A stretch of DNA of 40,457 nucleotides from Bigelowiella natans CCMP2755 (GCA_000320545.1 ADNK01003182.1:1-40457), one strand, 5' to 3'. Shown: positions 25,670 to 38,523, counted from the first letter of the stretch. Notes: a model not told the origin generated them from the letters alone. A program made the numbers and translations.

Positions 25670-27803
25670 ATGGCAGACGTGGAGAGAATGAATCATCCAG
25701 CTTCAGCTGCTCCTGCGGACGTTGTGGAGGACCCCTTCCTCCAACAACTGTTGAACGATACGGAGAAAGCATGTACATTAGTGCAGGACGCACGCCAGAT
25801 GACGAACTTAATTCTTTACGGAGAGCACATCGATCAAGTTTTGGTGCGAGACGCGCAAAAGCCAACAACACACACACACACACACACATAGAGAGAGAGA
25901 GAGAAAGAGAGATCAACACAAAATATGTTCGTGCTGCAAGTTGCTGGTATCAGTAAATACACATATGAATCAATAAATGCATACATTCGAATGCATAACT
26001 TACAAACGCAACATTTCGTAGGTGCTTAAGAACGGCTTGCGGCAGTTGGGTCTCGAGGACTCAATGCCAAAGAGCTTTCGAAATGCTGTGGCAGATAGGA
26101 CGGATTTGTGTAGCTTCCTTGAGGCCCTCCAAAAAGACGGCTTGGAATTGTCCACCATCGATGCAAGCCTGTAGGCAAACACAAACGCACATTCTCAGGG
26201 AGGGAGGGAGGGAGGGAAAAAGCCACGGAGCGGGCAGGTGACAGCCTGTGTCGCTTGAAATTTACACAGTTCATTTATTACTTCTCTTCCATGATTGGCT
26301 TTTTGTGGAATAATAACAGATACTACTGGGATGGGAAAAAGGAGCATAGAGTCAAAAGAGATGACAGCGGGAAACGGGTCCGTGAGTTGGCCTCTAAGTA
26401 CAAGGTAGCAATGTATGAGGAAATGATGTTTATTATGATGATGTTGGTGATCGTGGAATCATCGATCCCCCAAATCTTAGGGTATATTTCCACAATCAAA
26501 TTGAATTGAAACCTGCCACAACACATCGACGATAGGTCGTGCAGGCTAACCGCCAAAAGATGAAAGAACCCTTGTACATCGGAGAGCTACGATACACAAC
26601 GAAACGTCGCATGGTAAATCCATTTCTCTTCACGTCTTCCTACCTTACACATATCATTCACGCGTTTGTAGTGCAGCTGCCTCCCCCTCTCGACCTGATA
26701 TATTGATCCTCTTCAATCTCACCTTTCACAGCCGGAAGGAGGCAAATCGTCTACTCTTCTGAAGAAAGATGTCAAGGATATTGTTGATGATGCTGCGCAG
26801 CTAATGCCGATGTGGGATAGGGGTCATGCTTTCGTTGGTAATGTCAATCCTGAAACTGTATGATTTCTTCTCCACAAAACGAGAGAGCCTGTGTCACCAA
26901 ATATGACTGTCTCTTTCTTCTATCAACTGATTTAATATCTAGAAATGATGCTGAAAGTAGCGAACCCCCCCCCCCTTTTCGCACGCGAGACGATCATACT
27001 GACGTGAACGTGTCGCTGTAAAATACTCCTTCAACATAATGATTCGTTATGAATCTACCACCACCACCACCACAGCCATGAGCGAAACGAATGGTAGGAA
27101 AACTGCAAAAGACAACATCATCATTCGTTATTCTCCCTTCATTAGGCGGAAAGTTCTCAGGTTCCAGCGTGCACTGCGACCAAACGCTATGGTCAAACAT
27201 CGGGAAGAACTGGGCAGGTAGCACGCTGCTCCTGCAGCAGCATCTTTGCCCGCGCGCGGATGTATTGATTACGCATAAAGAGAGAGGCCTCAAGTCGCAT
27301 TCAATCAAACACCATCATTACCAGTCTCATTACGTCATGCAAGCGTGTGGTTGCTGCTTAAAACTGTTACTGCTACTACTACTACAACTACCATCTATAC
27401 TATCTATTACGATTACAATGATACCTATTACTACTATACTACTACTTGAATCAAGGTACCGATGTTAGTGCCATCAAACACATCTTTCGGTGATCAAACA
27501 ACGACGCTATTATAGTTGTATTATAATAATTGATGAGGAGGAGGAGGAGGAGAATGCAACATCAATTGCACCAATTTTAAAAGATAATTTATGTACGTCT
27601 AAAGCCTATATTGCCTCTCTTCTGCACGGTGTACGTGCATCTATCTGCGCTTCATTTTATCTTATTGTCGCAACATTATATATATTTATCGGTCTTCTTT
27701 TTAATGTATTATTGGAGATAGCTACTTAGTGTGTGTGTGTGTGTGTGTGTTTGAGAGAAAAGGGAGAGAGAGCGCGCAGGATGATCTTGATTCGTGCGAG
27801 TCG

Positions 27804-27837
<34 letters not shown>

Positions 27838-27931
27838 CTGTATGACAATTATATGGCGATCTTTAGGCTACAAGATCCTGTTTGTGTGGAGATATGGAGA
27901 AGATTCGCTGGTAGTACGCTACGAGTATAAC

Positions 27932-27964
<33 letters not shown>

Positions 27965-28299
27965 TAAGCCCAACCTTTGTATGCTTAGTTTTATATTGCT
28001 GCGCAATTCACTTCCTGAGAATTTTAAACTTATCTTTTCCTGTCTCCTTCTCCTCCTCCTCCTTCTTCTTCTTCTTCTTCTTCTTCTTCTTCTTCTCTGG
28101 AACATCATCATTGCCTGTTAATGCGTCTCCATTTAACCATGTATCAGAGGGTTCTCGAGCAGTTTCACAAGGAGATAATCAAGCCGCCCTTCAACGAGAA
28201 GGAAAGAAAGATATTGCAATCAGCCGCAAAAGTACTACTACTGCAACTACTTTTACAATTTGTAGTAGCTACAGCCTCTTAAAAAACTACACGCTATCG

Positions 28300-28343
<44 letters not shown>

Positions 28344-28678
28344 CACTCACTCTCGCTCTCTCTGTGTGTGTGTGTACGTAAGCAAGTACAACTCAATACT
28401 GTAATGCACAGCTGGACGCATTTATTCTCGCATTTCATCTCACATTTATTGTTTGTCGTATCGTTTCTCGTCCCCCCCCCCCACCCTCCCGCCATCCATC
28501 CATCTAGGTCGCTTTAGTTGGTCCTGGAGACGTATTTGTGTTTAGTGGCGCGAATGCACATATGACCCTTGGGGTGGGGAGGGCTCTGTCTCTAACAGCG
28601 TATGAATCGTATGTCAATCTTAACACAAGGAACGTTCACGTTTTTACAAGGTGAGGTGAGAAGAAATAGTAGCAGTAA

Positions 28679-28711
<33 letters not shown>

Positions 28712-29023
28712 CGCTGTTCTCTCTCCTCCTCCTCCTCTTATCCTCTCACCCTCCCTCTCATCGTATATATTTTCCTCTTGATATTATTCCTATAGGTCAG
28801 GGTCTAAAGAGCATTTTGAAGACTGCATAATGGAGGATTCGGACCTGGAAGTGATGATTCACACATCAACCAATTAATCATTAAAATCATTAAATACTTC
28901 GTTGCTATTCCTGATCATCATCACCGTCGTCGTCTTCGTATCTACCACGCAATTTGTTGCTTCAACCCACATTTAACTTCCTACATTTTAGAAGTTTTCT
29001 CACGGCAAACACGATCGATTGTA

Positions 29024-29060
<37 letters not shown>

Positions 29061-29267
29061 TATATAAATAGGATTTAAAGGATGATGTTGTTGACAATGT
29101 CGAAGACATGCTAACCGACATGGAACGACAAAGAAACGGCAGCAACGAGGGTGATCGTAATGATGATAGCAGTAGGAAGCGAAAGAGGGAGGAGGACATT
29201 TCTAACGGCGATAAATCTACCGAACGCCAGAGAGAGGGGAATGACCAAGATAATACTACTAAACAAA

Positions 29268-29300
<33 letters not shown>

Positions 29301-29653
29301 GAGAAGCAATAGTCCCAAATCCTTCAGAAAGGTAATACTCATTCTAGTAGTAGTAGTAGTAGTAGTAGCAGCAGTGGTAATAGTACAAGGAGGAGGAGGA
29401 GGAGGAAGAGGACAGAATACCCCTGCTTTCTGATGTTTTGGAACTGATCATCATCAATCACAACTTATTCCTACTTGCATGGCAGATGATACTATGCACC
29501 CCTTTGTTATGCGGATACTACAATGACACAGCCAAATCAACGCTAACGGAAAATATTTTCGCAGGAAATTTCTCCATTCCCTTGTGCCTTCCATGGTCCG
29601 AGAACTGTGTAAGGTATTTTTTGGCCCTCGTTGTTTTGTTTCTAAAAATGCAC

Positions 29654-29691
<38 letters not shown>

Positions 29692-29882
29692 AAGACTAAT
29701 ATATTCATATACTGCTCATTCTGAAAAAAAAGGACAAATTTTACCGGGAAGAATTGAAAAGCATCAGGCGCATACGAAAGAGTATGGATAGTATTTTACG
29801 AGAACCAAGGAAAAAGAGGAAAATATCCAGGCACCGTGACGATAGCAGAGAACGGAGGGGCAGCAGCAGGGACAGTAGGTAG
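25670..29882 (+). CDS. JmjC-domain 2-oxoglutarate/Fe(II) oxygenase with basic C-terminal tail (~13 exons)
   Basis: Spliced exons give AFVGGKFSGSSVHCDQTLWSN (HxD), WAGYKILFVW and VGPGDVFVFSGANAHMT (distal His). The tail EPRKKRK is NLS-like. Stop TAG at 29880-29882. Confidence 0.8.
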
Positions 29883-30818
29883 TAGTAGAGAAAATAAGTA
29901 CAGCAAGCAGTAGTTATAAACACCTCTTTGTTGCACTGGACGCGAAGTTTGATCAATCAAACATCCTAAATGATAATGGATAATAATGATATCTTTTGCT
30001 GCCTAGACCAAATGCGCACTGCATGGGCGTTTGTCATACATAATGCGCCATGCACGCTATGAGACAGGCGCTGTTTTAGTCTCAAGGATATGTATCTAGT
30101 GTATGTGCACTCGCTGAGTACTGATGGCGAATGCATAGACAACAAAAGGTCTACTCGCTCGTCTATAGCCGTGCTGTGCCATCAGTTTTGTGCTGTTCAT
30201 GCAATATGTGTTGCAATGAGCGACGGGTTGGATCGTTTTGGGTCGTTCATGGTGCATTTTGCGAGAAGCTACGAGTAGGCCGAGCCTGCCTAGCGCTCTG
30301 CGCATGACAGAAACCACATGCATGTATACATGTGTGCGACATTTCTAGATTTGTGAATGTTCGTCCAGTCGTGCATTCTGCGTTGCTAGCGTTGGTGGGG
30401 ATCATGTACTGACACGTCATTACGGCACCGCTAGACTGATCACACACAGTGCCCCGAGCCTACTACGATGGTAGCCTACCGCAGTACCTACGATGCACGT
30501 AGGCAGATCGTACATAGGTGCTTAACACGTGATGGCTGCAAAAGATGCAAATGCTAGAATGACGCACGTGCTATCTGCACAAATTGTTTCAGTAAGATCC
30601 TCATGATGATGTACACTAGCTGTGCTACATGCCACGTGTATATATACACATAGAGTGCACATCTAGACATGTACGTGTGTGCTTTATGCTTTGTGCTTTG
30701 TGTGTATGTACTTTGTGTGGCCTGAATCAGCAAGGACCGCTATGGACCGGGATGGATGAGTACGCACGGGCAAAATGCAAATTGTTATTATTATTTTTAA
30801 TGGTGGCAGCTTCAGCCA
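29883..30818. other. Convergent intergenic spacer 4, CTAG/palindrome-rich
   Basis: 936 bp; 9 CTAG by hand count, with dense CATG, TGCA, CACGTG and GTGCAC. Confidence 0.72.
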
Positions 30819-31745
30819 TCACAACACATTAGCTAGATTCACAACTTCGACAGCTGGAAGGTTACTTGATCTCCGTGCATGGATTAGCAAATTTTTCAGC
30901 CCACCTTTCCAAGTCTGAAATTCTTCCTCAGATTCGATGATGACGGCAAGAACTCGTGCCTTCTTTCCCGTCGTCACTAACGCCAAAGTCTGACGTTTCT
31001 GATTTTCAGTCCATGATAAAACGGAAAATTCTTTACTATGTCCAATGATAAACTTCGTCACTGTTTCCAACTCAATGTTTTTCTTTTCCGAACTGCCTTT
31101 CGTTTGCCAACAAATTTGCACAGCTGGAAGGTTTTCATTTAGAGGATCTAAATAGAACAGGGAACAAAAACGTTTTCTTGCTATGTGATGGAATATATTG
31201 CAACTAACAATAAATTTGTATCAATGTTAATTTCATTGTATTTAGATTTCGAATTCACCTTTTCTCGGAACCAGCTTCAGCCACAATTTCACTTCATGAG
31301 TTTTGTTCTTCCGCCCATCAATTCTGCAGTGTTTGAGTGCTTTGCAACCCTGTTTCATTTTTTCAAATTTGGCTTGAACCTCAGCCACTTCTTTGGGGTC
31401 AATGTTTTGTTTATCAGTGCTGATTTTCTCGTTATCTTTTCGGTCATTATCTGCATCCCCTTTTGCTTCTGCTCTATTTCTTGTTTTGATACTCTTCTCC
31501 TCTGGCACTTTTGTCTCCTCTAGTACCGGCTTATCAGAGGTATCTTCACTCTTTTGAGGCTGTGGTAAAAGAAACTAAGGTCAGGTAGGAATGATATTGC
31601 ATATGACAAAAAAAAATTCCCACCTCAGAATTCGGAGTTAGTCCAGAATCATGAGTAACATTGCCATCGGCACTCTATTTTTATTCAAAACAACTGTCAT
31701 TCGTGCTTGCTGTGTTTCAGGTGGAATAAAAACTGAATACACTCA

Positions 31746-31788
<43 letters not shown>

Positions 31789-32485
31789 ACACGTGCGTGC
31801 GGTCAAAAGTCAAAAGTATGCTACCGATGCTACCTGCTACCTGCTTGTTTTTCTCTCTATGGATTCTAATTTTGAACGGAAGAGAGGAAGACTTGAACAT
31901 TTCTGTCAAATGCTCATTGTCCTCTACTTTCCGTCCCGCAATTGATACTATCTTATCACCGATCTGATAAAAAAATACGGCACCTATAGCCAAATCACTG
32001 AAGATTGCATTTCGAATAATTTTCCACCTTCAATCCAACCGTGGAACTCAGTCCAACAGCCTAGCGAGTGAGAATATACAATGTAAGTAAGATACAACGT
32101 GCTAAGGTGTTTATCAACTGACCCGTACTATCGAGCAATTTTTCACTGTGATGCCGAACGGGTGTTGAGTAACTTCAACAACGAAATCCTTTTCATCATC
32201 TGCGGCTGTCGCAGTAGCCGGTGATGGTTCCTTCTACATTCATTCATCCATCATTTTCATTCTTTAAATTGAAAATAAACATACCAGTACAGTCTTCTTT
32301 TTATCAGTCAGTGCAGTCTTCTTTTTCTCAGTCGGGGTTGAGGTGGCATCGGTCTTAGCATCATCGTTCTCATTCGAAGATGTCCTACAACTTAACATTG
32401 CACAAGATACAAAAACTAAAATCCTTTGGCGTACATTTTTCGGCAGACCGCATCATTGTTCGCACCAGCAGGCAGCAGATCCCAT
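30819..32485 (-). CDS. N-myristoylated PDZ + PH domain protein (8 exons)
   Basis: MGSAACW N-terminus. PDZ-like: FVVEVTQHPFGITV...GLKIGDKIVSIAGRKVEDNEHLTEMFKSSSLPFKIRI. PLC-type PH: MKQGCKALKHC...ICWQ...RVLAVIIESEEEFQTWKGGLKNLL. Stop at 30821-30819. Confidence 0.8.
32285..32332 (-). repeat. 24-bp coding tandem duplication (TEKKKTAL/TDKKKTVL)
   Basis: Two near-identical 24-mers at 32285-32308 and 32309-32332. Confidence 0.85.
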
Positions 32486-32942
32486 TGTCCTGAGATTTCT
32501 CCGCGTAGCTTGCTTGCAGCACCAAGCGAAGCTATTTTTTGCACGTACGAGAACCTGGGCATTCGAGATTACTCGATATGTGATCCATTTTTTGTAAAAT
32601 ATCATGTCGCAGATAGAAAATGGATTACGTCTTCGGTAGTTGAGGATGGTACGGCAGGACATGAGACGCATGATTTCGCTTGCATTTCAGAATCATTCTG
32701 CACAGTGGGTAGCGTATGTTTGTACCTAAAATTGACAATTTTATGCCTTTCTTCCCTGTCGGTATCAATCATTATCCTTGGTTTTGTAGCCCATTACGTA
32801 GCGTTCTGGTGAAGTTGTATCCTGTTAGAGTAGGTGCCGACATGTGCCGTTGTTTAAGGGGTGCGACATCAATATTTTCAGAAAAAGACATAAATCTACG
32901 GGGTTACGGAGTTGAAACCTCGAGTGGGAAGAAGAGGCGACA
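32486..32942. promoter_or_regulatory. Putative bidirectional promoter 4
   Basis: 457 bp between divergent ATGs; CACGTACG at 32542-32549; no CTAG seen. Confidence 0.55.
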
Positions 32943-33412
32943 ATGGTGTCTTTCCTCCCCATCACGCTGCTGCTACTGACCCAATCATGGGCGGTCCTTC
33001 TTAGTGACCAACAGAAGCAGTACTCCATGGGTGGTATTAAAAAGCACAGATATGCTGGTCCATCTGAAGAATATTACCATACTCGCCAAAGTATATTGAC
33101 AGAGCTCGAGAAGATGAGCACCAGCGAAAACTGTAAAAACATCATGACGATCAGGTATTCTTAACTCAACGATTAAATAAACCGCACTGGGCACAAAAAA
33201 CTACACCTTGGCTTGAAATATATTCTGATGGCTATTCAACAACATACAATAATATTTCTCCTCCGCACTTCAGCAAAATGAATTCTGGAAACGTTACTCT
33301 TCAAAAAGTTGACTTCCATGCTGAGGGCGGCCAAGCGAAGAAGATGAAAGTCCTGGTTTACTTTGGAGAGCACGCCAGAGAGCTTGTTTCACCAGAGGTA
33401 TTGCGACATTAA

Positions 33413-33468
<56 letters not shown>

Positions 33469-33857
33469 ACAATAATATCATTGACTCATATATATACATG
33501 TATATGTATGTATTTCATCATATTAATTGATCCTCCATGCGCACAGTCGGGACTCAACTTCGCCCAGCATCTTTGCGGCATGTATTCAGAGACGAAAGAG
33601 AAAGCTACTTCTCTCCTCCAGTTTGCTGATGTGCGCATGATCCCTGTAGTGAACCCTACCGGTCATGACATGGTGATGTTGGGAGGAAATCTTTGTCATC
33701 GTACTAACTCCAAAGGCGTCGATCTCAATCGCAACTGGGACGACCATTGGCGCCCTAACAAACGTGCGGACACTAATAGCGGTATCGCACCATTCAGCGA
33801 GCACGAAACCCAACTCCTCCGCGACGATGCCATGAAGTAAGTTCTTGCGCACCTATG

Positions 33858-33902
<45 letters not shown>

Positions 33903-34471
33903 TCTCCCTCCCTGATTTCTTCAAACTTAACTCTTGAGTGCCGCCGTTTCTTACTGTTTGTCCATAACTCACTAGGTACAAGCCGCATGTCTTCTTGACC
34001 ATACATAGTGGAACCTTGGGCCTGTTCACCCCGTACGCATTTGCTCAATCATCTGCCAATCCTTCATCCCTCCTCTACAAGCACAGCGGTCCGTCCTTCC
34101 TCTCCATGCAATCGAGAATGGAGAGCGACGACTCCAGTAAGGCTAGAATTAAGGTGAGACATCCTGAATCTGGACTCTCACGTCCGCACTAATGCTTTTA
34201 TCTCATGTGCTGAAGGGGAATCTGATGCCTGTTCGCATGTACATAACATCCGCGTTTACATTTTACGGACACTACTCAATTACATGGCGCGCTTGTGTGT
34301 GGCTTTTATTACACGAAATATCTGCAGGAAATGATAAATCTCCTGGATGGCATCAATCCCAAATACTGCAACTGTGAAGCTGGAGCTGCGGGTGACGTCC
34401 TACCTTACCTCTCGCCGGGAACCTCCATGGATTACATGTTTGACAAGCTGGGGGTAATAATTTGTGTGCAA

Positions 34472-34504
<33 letters not shown>

Positions 34505-34894
34505 GAGTATGTGCGTGTTCTTGTGCAACCATCCCTAGACGCAATAGCATTCATGACATTTCATTTCTCCAATCAGACCGATTATGCATTTGCCTTCGAA
34601 ATCTACGATGGAGCTTCCAGCGGGGGTTACAAGTACAACTCTAAGGACGTGAAACTCATTCAGACCGGCGTCTTGCAGCGCCGCTCCGACTTCCTTTTAG
34701 TTGAGGAAACGCAAGAACCAGAGGATATTTTTGAGCAGAGCAACGATCAAGCAGAGCAGTGTTTTGAGATGTTCAACCCCGAAACCAAGACTGAATATGA
34801 CGCGACAATGGACAACTGGTCGAAAGCGTACTTGGAATTGTTTGAGGGACTTATTTCCATTGAGAAATCGCACGGAATGTTCAAAATGAATTAG
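32943..34894 (+). CDS. Secreted M14 zinc carboxypeptidase (6 exons)
   Basis: Signal peptide MVSFLPITLLLLTQSWA; GEHARE (zinc HxxE); VNPTG; RTNSKGVDLNRNW; PFSEHET; FLTIHSG (third zinc ligand); GTSMDYM; FAFEIY (catalytic Glu). Stop TAG at 34892-34894. Confidence 0.92.
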
Positions 34895-35433
34895 AACTAG
34901 CAACAGAACCATCACGTAAAATGACTTCGATGTAAAAGTTAACATCACTGGAACTATTATTACTTGAATTTCGCCAGCCGCAAAGCATTTATCTAGTTAT
35001 GTAAGTGCGCTGTAGCTCTCACCGTTTTTGTTAGATGGACTAGCTAGCTAGCTCTAGAGCTTGTCGTATCTTGTTAGGTGTACTAGTATGTTCGATGCTG
35101 CATGCCGATGCGGCTCGTATATCTAGACATACTAGCATGTGAAACACCTATGATAAGTCAATGCGCCGTACTGCATTCAATGCAATCCTTAGCTAGTTAG
35201 CATGGCTATATATATGGCAAGTTAATTAAGCACAAGACTAAAGACAATTGTCAATCATCTCTGTGCGCTGTTAGCTACCTGCTGCCCAGCGCGGTTGCAT
35301 TGCTGGCATACTAGTAAAGGTTTGAATTCAAAAAAATCACAAAGCTACACGGTCTTTTCTAAATTTGCATATTGCGTACGACGCAGCAGCTCTGCTAGAG
35401 CTACAAGTCTCACGTACGCGCAACGTAGGGTAC

Positions 35434-35473
<40 letters not shown>

Positions 35474-35797
35474 TGCATGTATATATATGGCACATATCTA
35501 TGTGCTACAGTGCTAATAGCAGCACGTTCGCTTTGTGCGCACGTTATACACATGCGAGTACATTCTACCTTGTGCGCTGTGCATCGTAATAATTGTAAAT
35601 GTTGGTTAATTATACAGCTAAAAAGGTGCACGGCACTAGATATTTGATTTGTCATTGTGATTTTCTGTATTGTTAGTATTGCTCTCGTCGTAATAATTAG
35701 CTGTTTGTCTGAATCGAAACGGGAGAAAACATTCTTTTCATTTATCTTAGGGTTTCCTGTGACGTGAGCTCATTCACGTTGCGTCACTAAGCAATTC
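34895..35797. other. Convergent intergenic spacer 5, CTAG/palindrome-rich
   Basis: 903 bp; 12 CTAG by hand count, including CTAGCTAGCTAGCTCTAGAGCT at 35040-35061. Confidence 0.75.
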
Positions 35798-35918
35798 CTA
35801 TATTCCTAAGCCCACGAGCGCAAATTCTCGGTGTAACTGAGTGGAGGGGGGAGTTGGTTATTCGGTTTACCAAGTCGTCGTATAATAGGTATATAGCATA
35901 TTAGCTTTTGGTACAGTA

Positions 35919-35985
<67 letters not shown>

Positions 35986-37276
35986 TATAGTCTATCGTCT
36001 TAATAACGATGTTCTTGTTCTTACTGAGTCTCTTCTCAAGCAGTTCCGATAGTGTACCCGAGCACAATAAGCACATGGCGAGCAGAGGAAGAATGGCAGC
36101 ATTATCTGAAATTTAGGAATCACAAGGATATTGGTTTTAAACACAAAATAAACGCGCGCGCGCGTGTGTGTGTGTGTGTGTGTGTGTCGTGAATCTTTTG
36201 ACAAAGAATATACATTCAGAGGCTTTGAAATAGTAACACAAACCAAAAGCAGCATATAGGCGATATAGGACGTTTGGTCCCCGTCGTCGGTATCATCCAC
36301 ATAGCCCAGAGTGAGGATGCTCGTTAATACAATCTGTTTATAACAGGATTAGACAAGACGGGCAGTTGGAAACAGAAGAAAGAATCGTGTTATATGTGGA
36401 GAACTCTGCTATTCATATCAGAATCTAAACATCAAACGGCCGGACTCAACACAAAATTATTGCCTCGGCTGCCACAGCTACCATTACCATAATTCCTCCA
36501 CTTTCTACCACCACCTCCACTACCACCATTACTACTACTTTAACTACTAGTAGTAGTAATAGTAGAGCCCACTGCTAATGATTTACCATATAGCTCCACA
36601 AGCCATAGTAGTATGCGCCTGCTATGCACGTGCTTCGGTTTCGACCAGCATAAACCCCCAACAAGCCCAACAGAAATAGCAATCCCCCAGCGAGAACTCT
36701 GAGAGTAATCCAGAGATTCATTTGTCAAAAGACACAGAAACTGGCCGACTCACAGAGGAAAGGATTGCACAAGGGAGGGGGGGGGGGGGGGTACATGGTC
36801 CAAGAAGCTGGTCCTGCGCTCCCACGAAGAAGGAACAAGGACGACAGTGTGATAAACCCCACGCCGATTGCCTGTCAGTGATGAAACTTTAGGAGAAGCA
36901 TATTTTGGCGTGATGCACTAAGATGTGAAATCTTCGACTATCGTCGTTTTCAAGTCTTCATTTTGTTGATTGAGCATCATCTTTTATCAAGCCGTTTTGG
37001 ATTATATAAATAAAACATCACTGACCCTCGTCCACCGCGAGCTTCGATTCATTGTTATCTCTACGAACATGATCTCTTGAGCAACAAGCTCCAATGCCGG
37101 AGGAATCTCGTTATCCACCCCAGCACCAGCATGTCCACCATCATTTTGATTTGTGTCTGGATCCTCATTCATGTGTAAGCTTTCTATCCTAGCCTCCTTT
37201 GTATCATACAAGCCCTCTTAGTTTTGCAAGGGCTGCACGAATAGTTTCGATTCTTAAAACATGTCTTAAACGTATA

Positions 37277-37319
<43 letters not shown>

Positions 37320-37906
37320 TGGAGACTGCATGGAAGATTTCTTGCACGCTTCTACTGAGCCTACCGGTCTCAACGCCAAATGTATAGTAGCCCCATCTAT
37401 AATCGGGTTGGGTTCTGAAGATAATATCTGAACACGGGAAATTATTCATCAGGTTCTTTAAGCTGATTCCGTACTCTTTTCTACCTTAGAATGGGGCAAT
37501 TCGCGACCGCAGTAAATCAGTCTTTGCCTTGCCTTGTAATAAGTTATAGTTAAATAAGAAAATCACGATGGTAGGAAGTCTGGTCACAGCAGCATCAGCA
37601 GCACTTTGTCAATGAGTCCAGCTACCTTAGGATAGTTGGGACGCTTCGACTCTATAAGATCTTTTACTTTCGATACCGTTGCGGTGGGTGACATTTGGAA
37701 CTGCAGCAGCGGATTACCAGGACTTATAACTTTAACGAGTATTTTCTTTACATCCTTGGCGCTATCTTCTCCATCAAAACCCTCCCTGTCATCGCCCCTG
37801 ACAGGATACACAATTTTAAGATGCACCTTCTAATGAAACCTGTTCCCTACCCTTGCAACAGAGGGCTTCGAAGCTCGTCGCCCTCTCGGGGAAGACGTTC
37901 TTGCAT
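35798..37906 (-). CDS. Ubiquitin-like-domain protein with four C-terminal transmembrane helices (~10 exons)
   Basis: MQERLPREGDELRSPLLQG start. UBL: ILVKVISP...ATVSKVKDLIES...ARQRLIYCGREL...IIDGATIHLALRP. TMs: AIGVGFITLSSLFLL, IVLAGGLLFLLGLLGVYAG, YYYGLWSYMIVLTSILTLG, IAYMLLLIMLPFFLC. The last exon (LHREFALVGLGI*) is tentative; an alternative stop lies at 35992. Confidence 0.75.
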
Positions 37907-38242
37907 CCTTATGGGCAGTATATTTGTGGTGAATCCTCTGTGAACCACAGGGAAGAATGCCTCAGAAAGGAAGGAGGAGGGTGGGGCGACGCTTGCCAAA
38001 GGTTTATCGCCTGCGACAGAGAAGCCCTTCGTACGACCAAAATTACAGGGAATTTTAATAATGCGACATCATTTTTAATTGACGCAGGATAGTTATTGGA
38101 CGCGCTTCCGAGGCTCCCAGATTCCTTCCATCCGCCTCGAAGTGAAAGGGGTAATGATGAGTAGAAACATTTGCCTTCCCTCCCCCTCGGCTGTTGGAAA
38201 CGTTATGTTGTTGACACCGCAATTGATCCTTGCTTCAGAAAC
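37907..38242. promoter_or_regulatory. Putative bidirectional promoter 5
   Basis: 336 bp between divergent ATGs; CGTACG at 38030; no CTAG seen. Confidence 0.55.
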
Positions 38243-38454
38243 ATGGGAAATTCTTTCACGCTCCCAAAATTCAAGAGCAAGGTACTCGCACTTCGCAAGC
38301 CTGATGAAGTGCACGTACTCGCAATTTTTAATGTTTTTGATAGTGTTGGCAAAGCTTCCATGTGCGCATCTACACCTAACAAACCACATCGTAGACATCA
38401 CCCAAAAGGAATAAGGGAGGAGAAAGGGGGAAAAGCCAGAGGAGAGGGGAGAGA

Positions 38455-38523
<69 letters not shown>

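Noticed and set aside
25176-25919. 247-aa minus-strand ORF between Rab1 and the JmjC gene
   Set aside because: Begins in (CT)n/(GT)n repeats at a non-ATG codon, overlaps JmjC exon 1 antisense, and has no recognisable motif.
30850-31133. 14-nt direct repeat ACAGCTGGAAGGTT (NLPAV twice) in the PH exon
   Set aside because: Short, in-frame coding similarity with no element between the copies; probably chance or an old micro-duplication.
36777-36792. Poly-G/C tracts as functional G-quadruplexes
   Set aside because: Indistinguishable from the general simple-repeat load, and homopolymer lengths are unreliable in this assembly.
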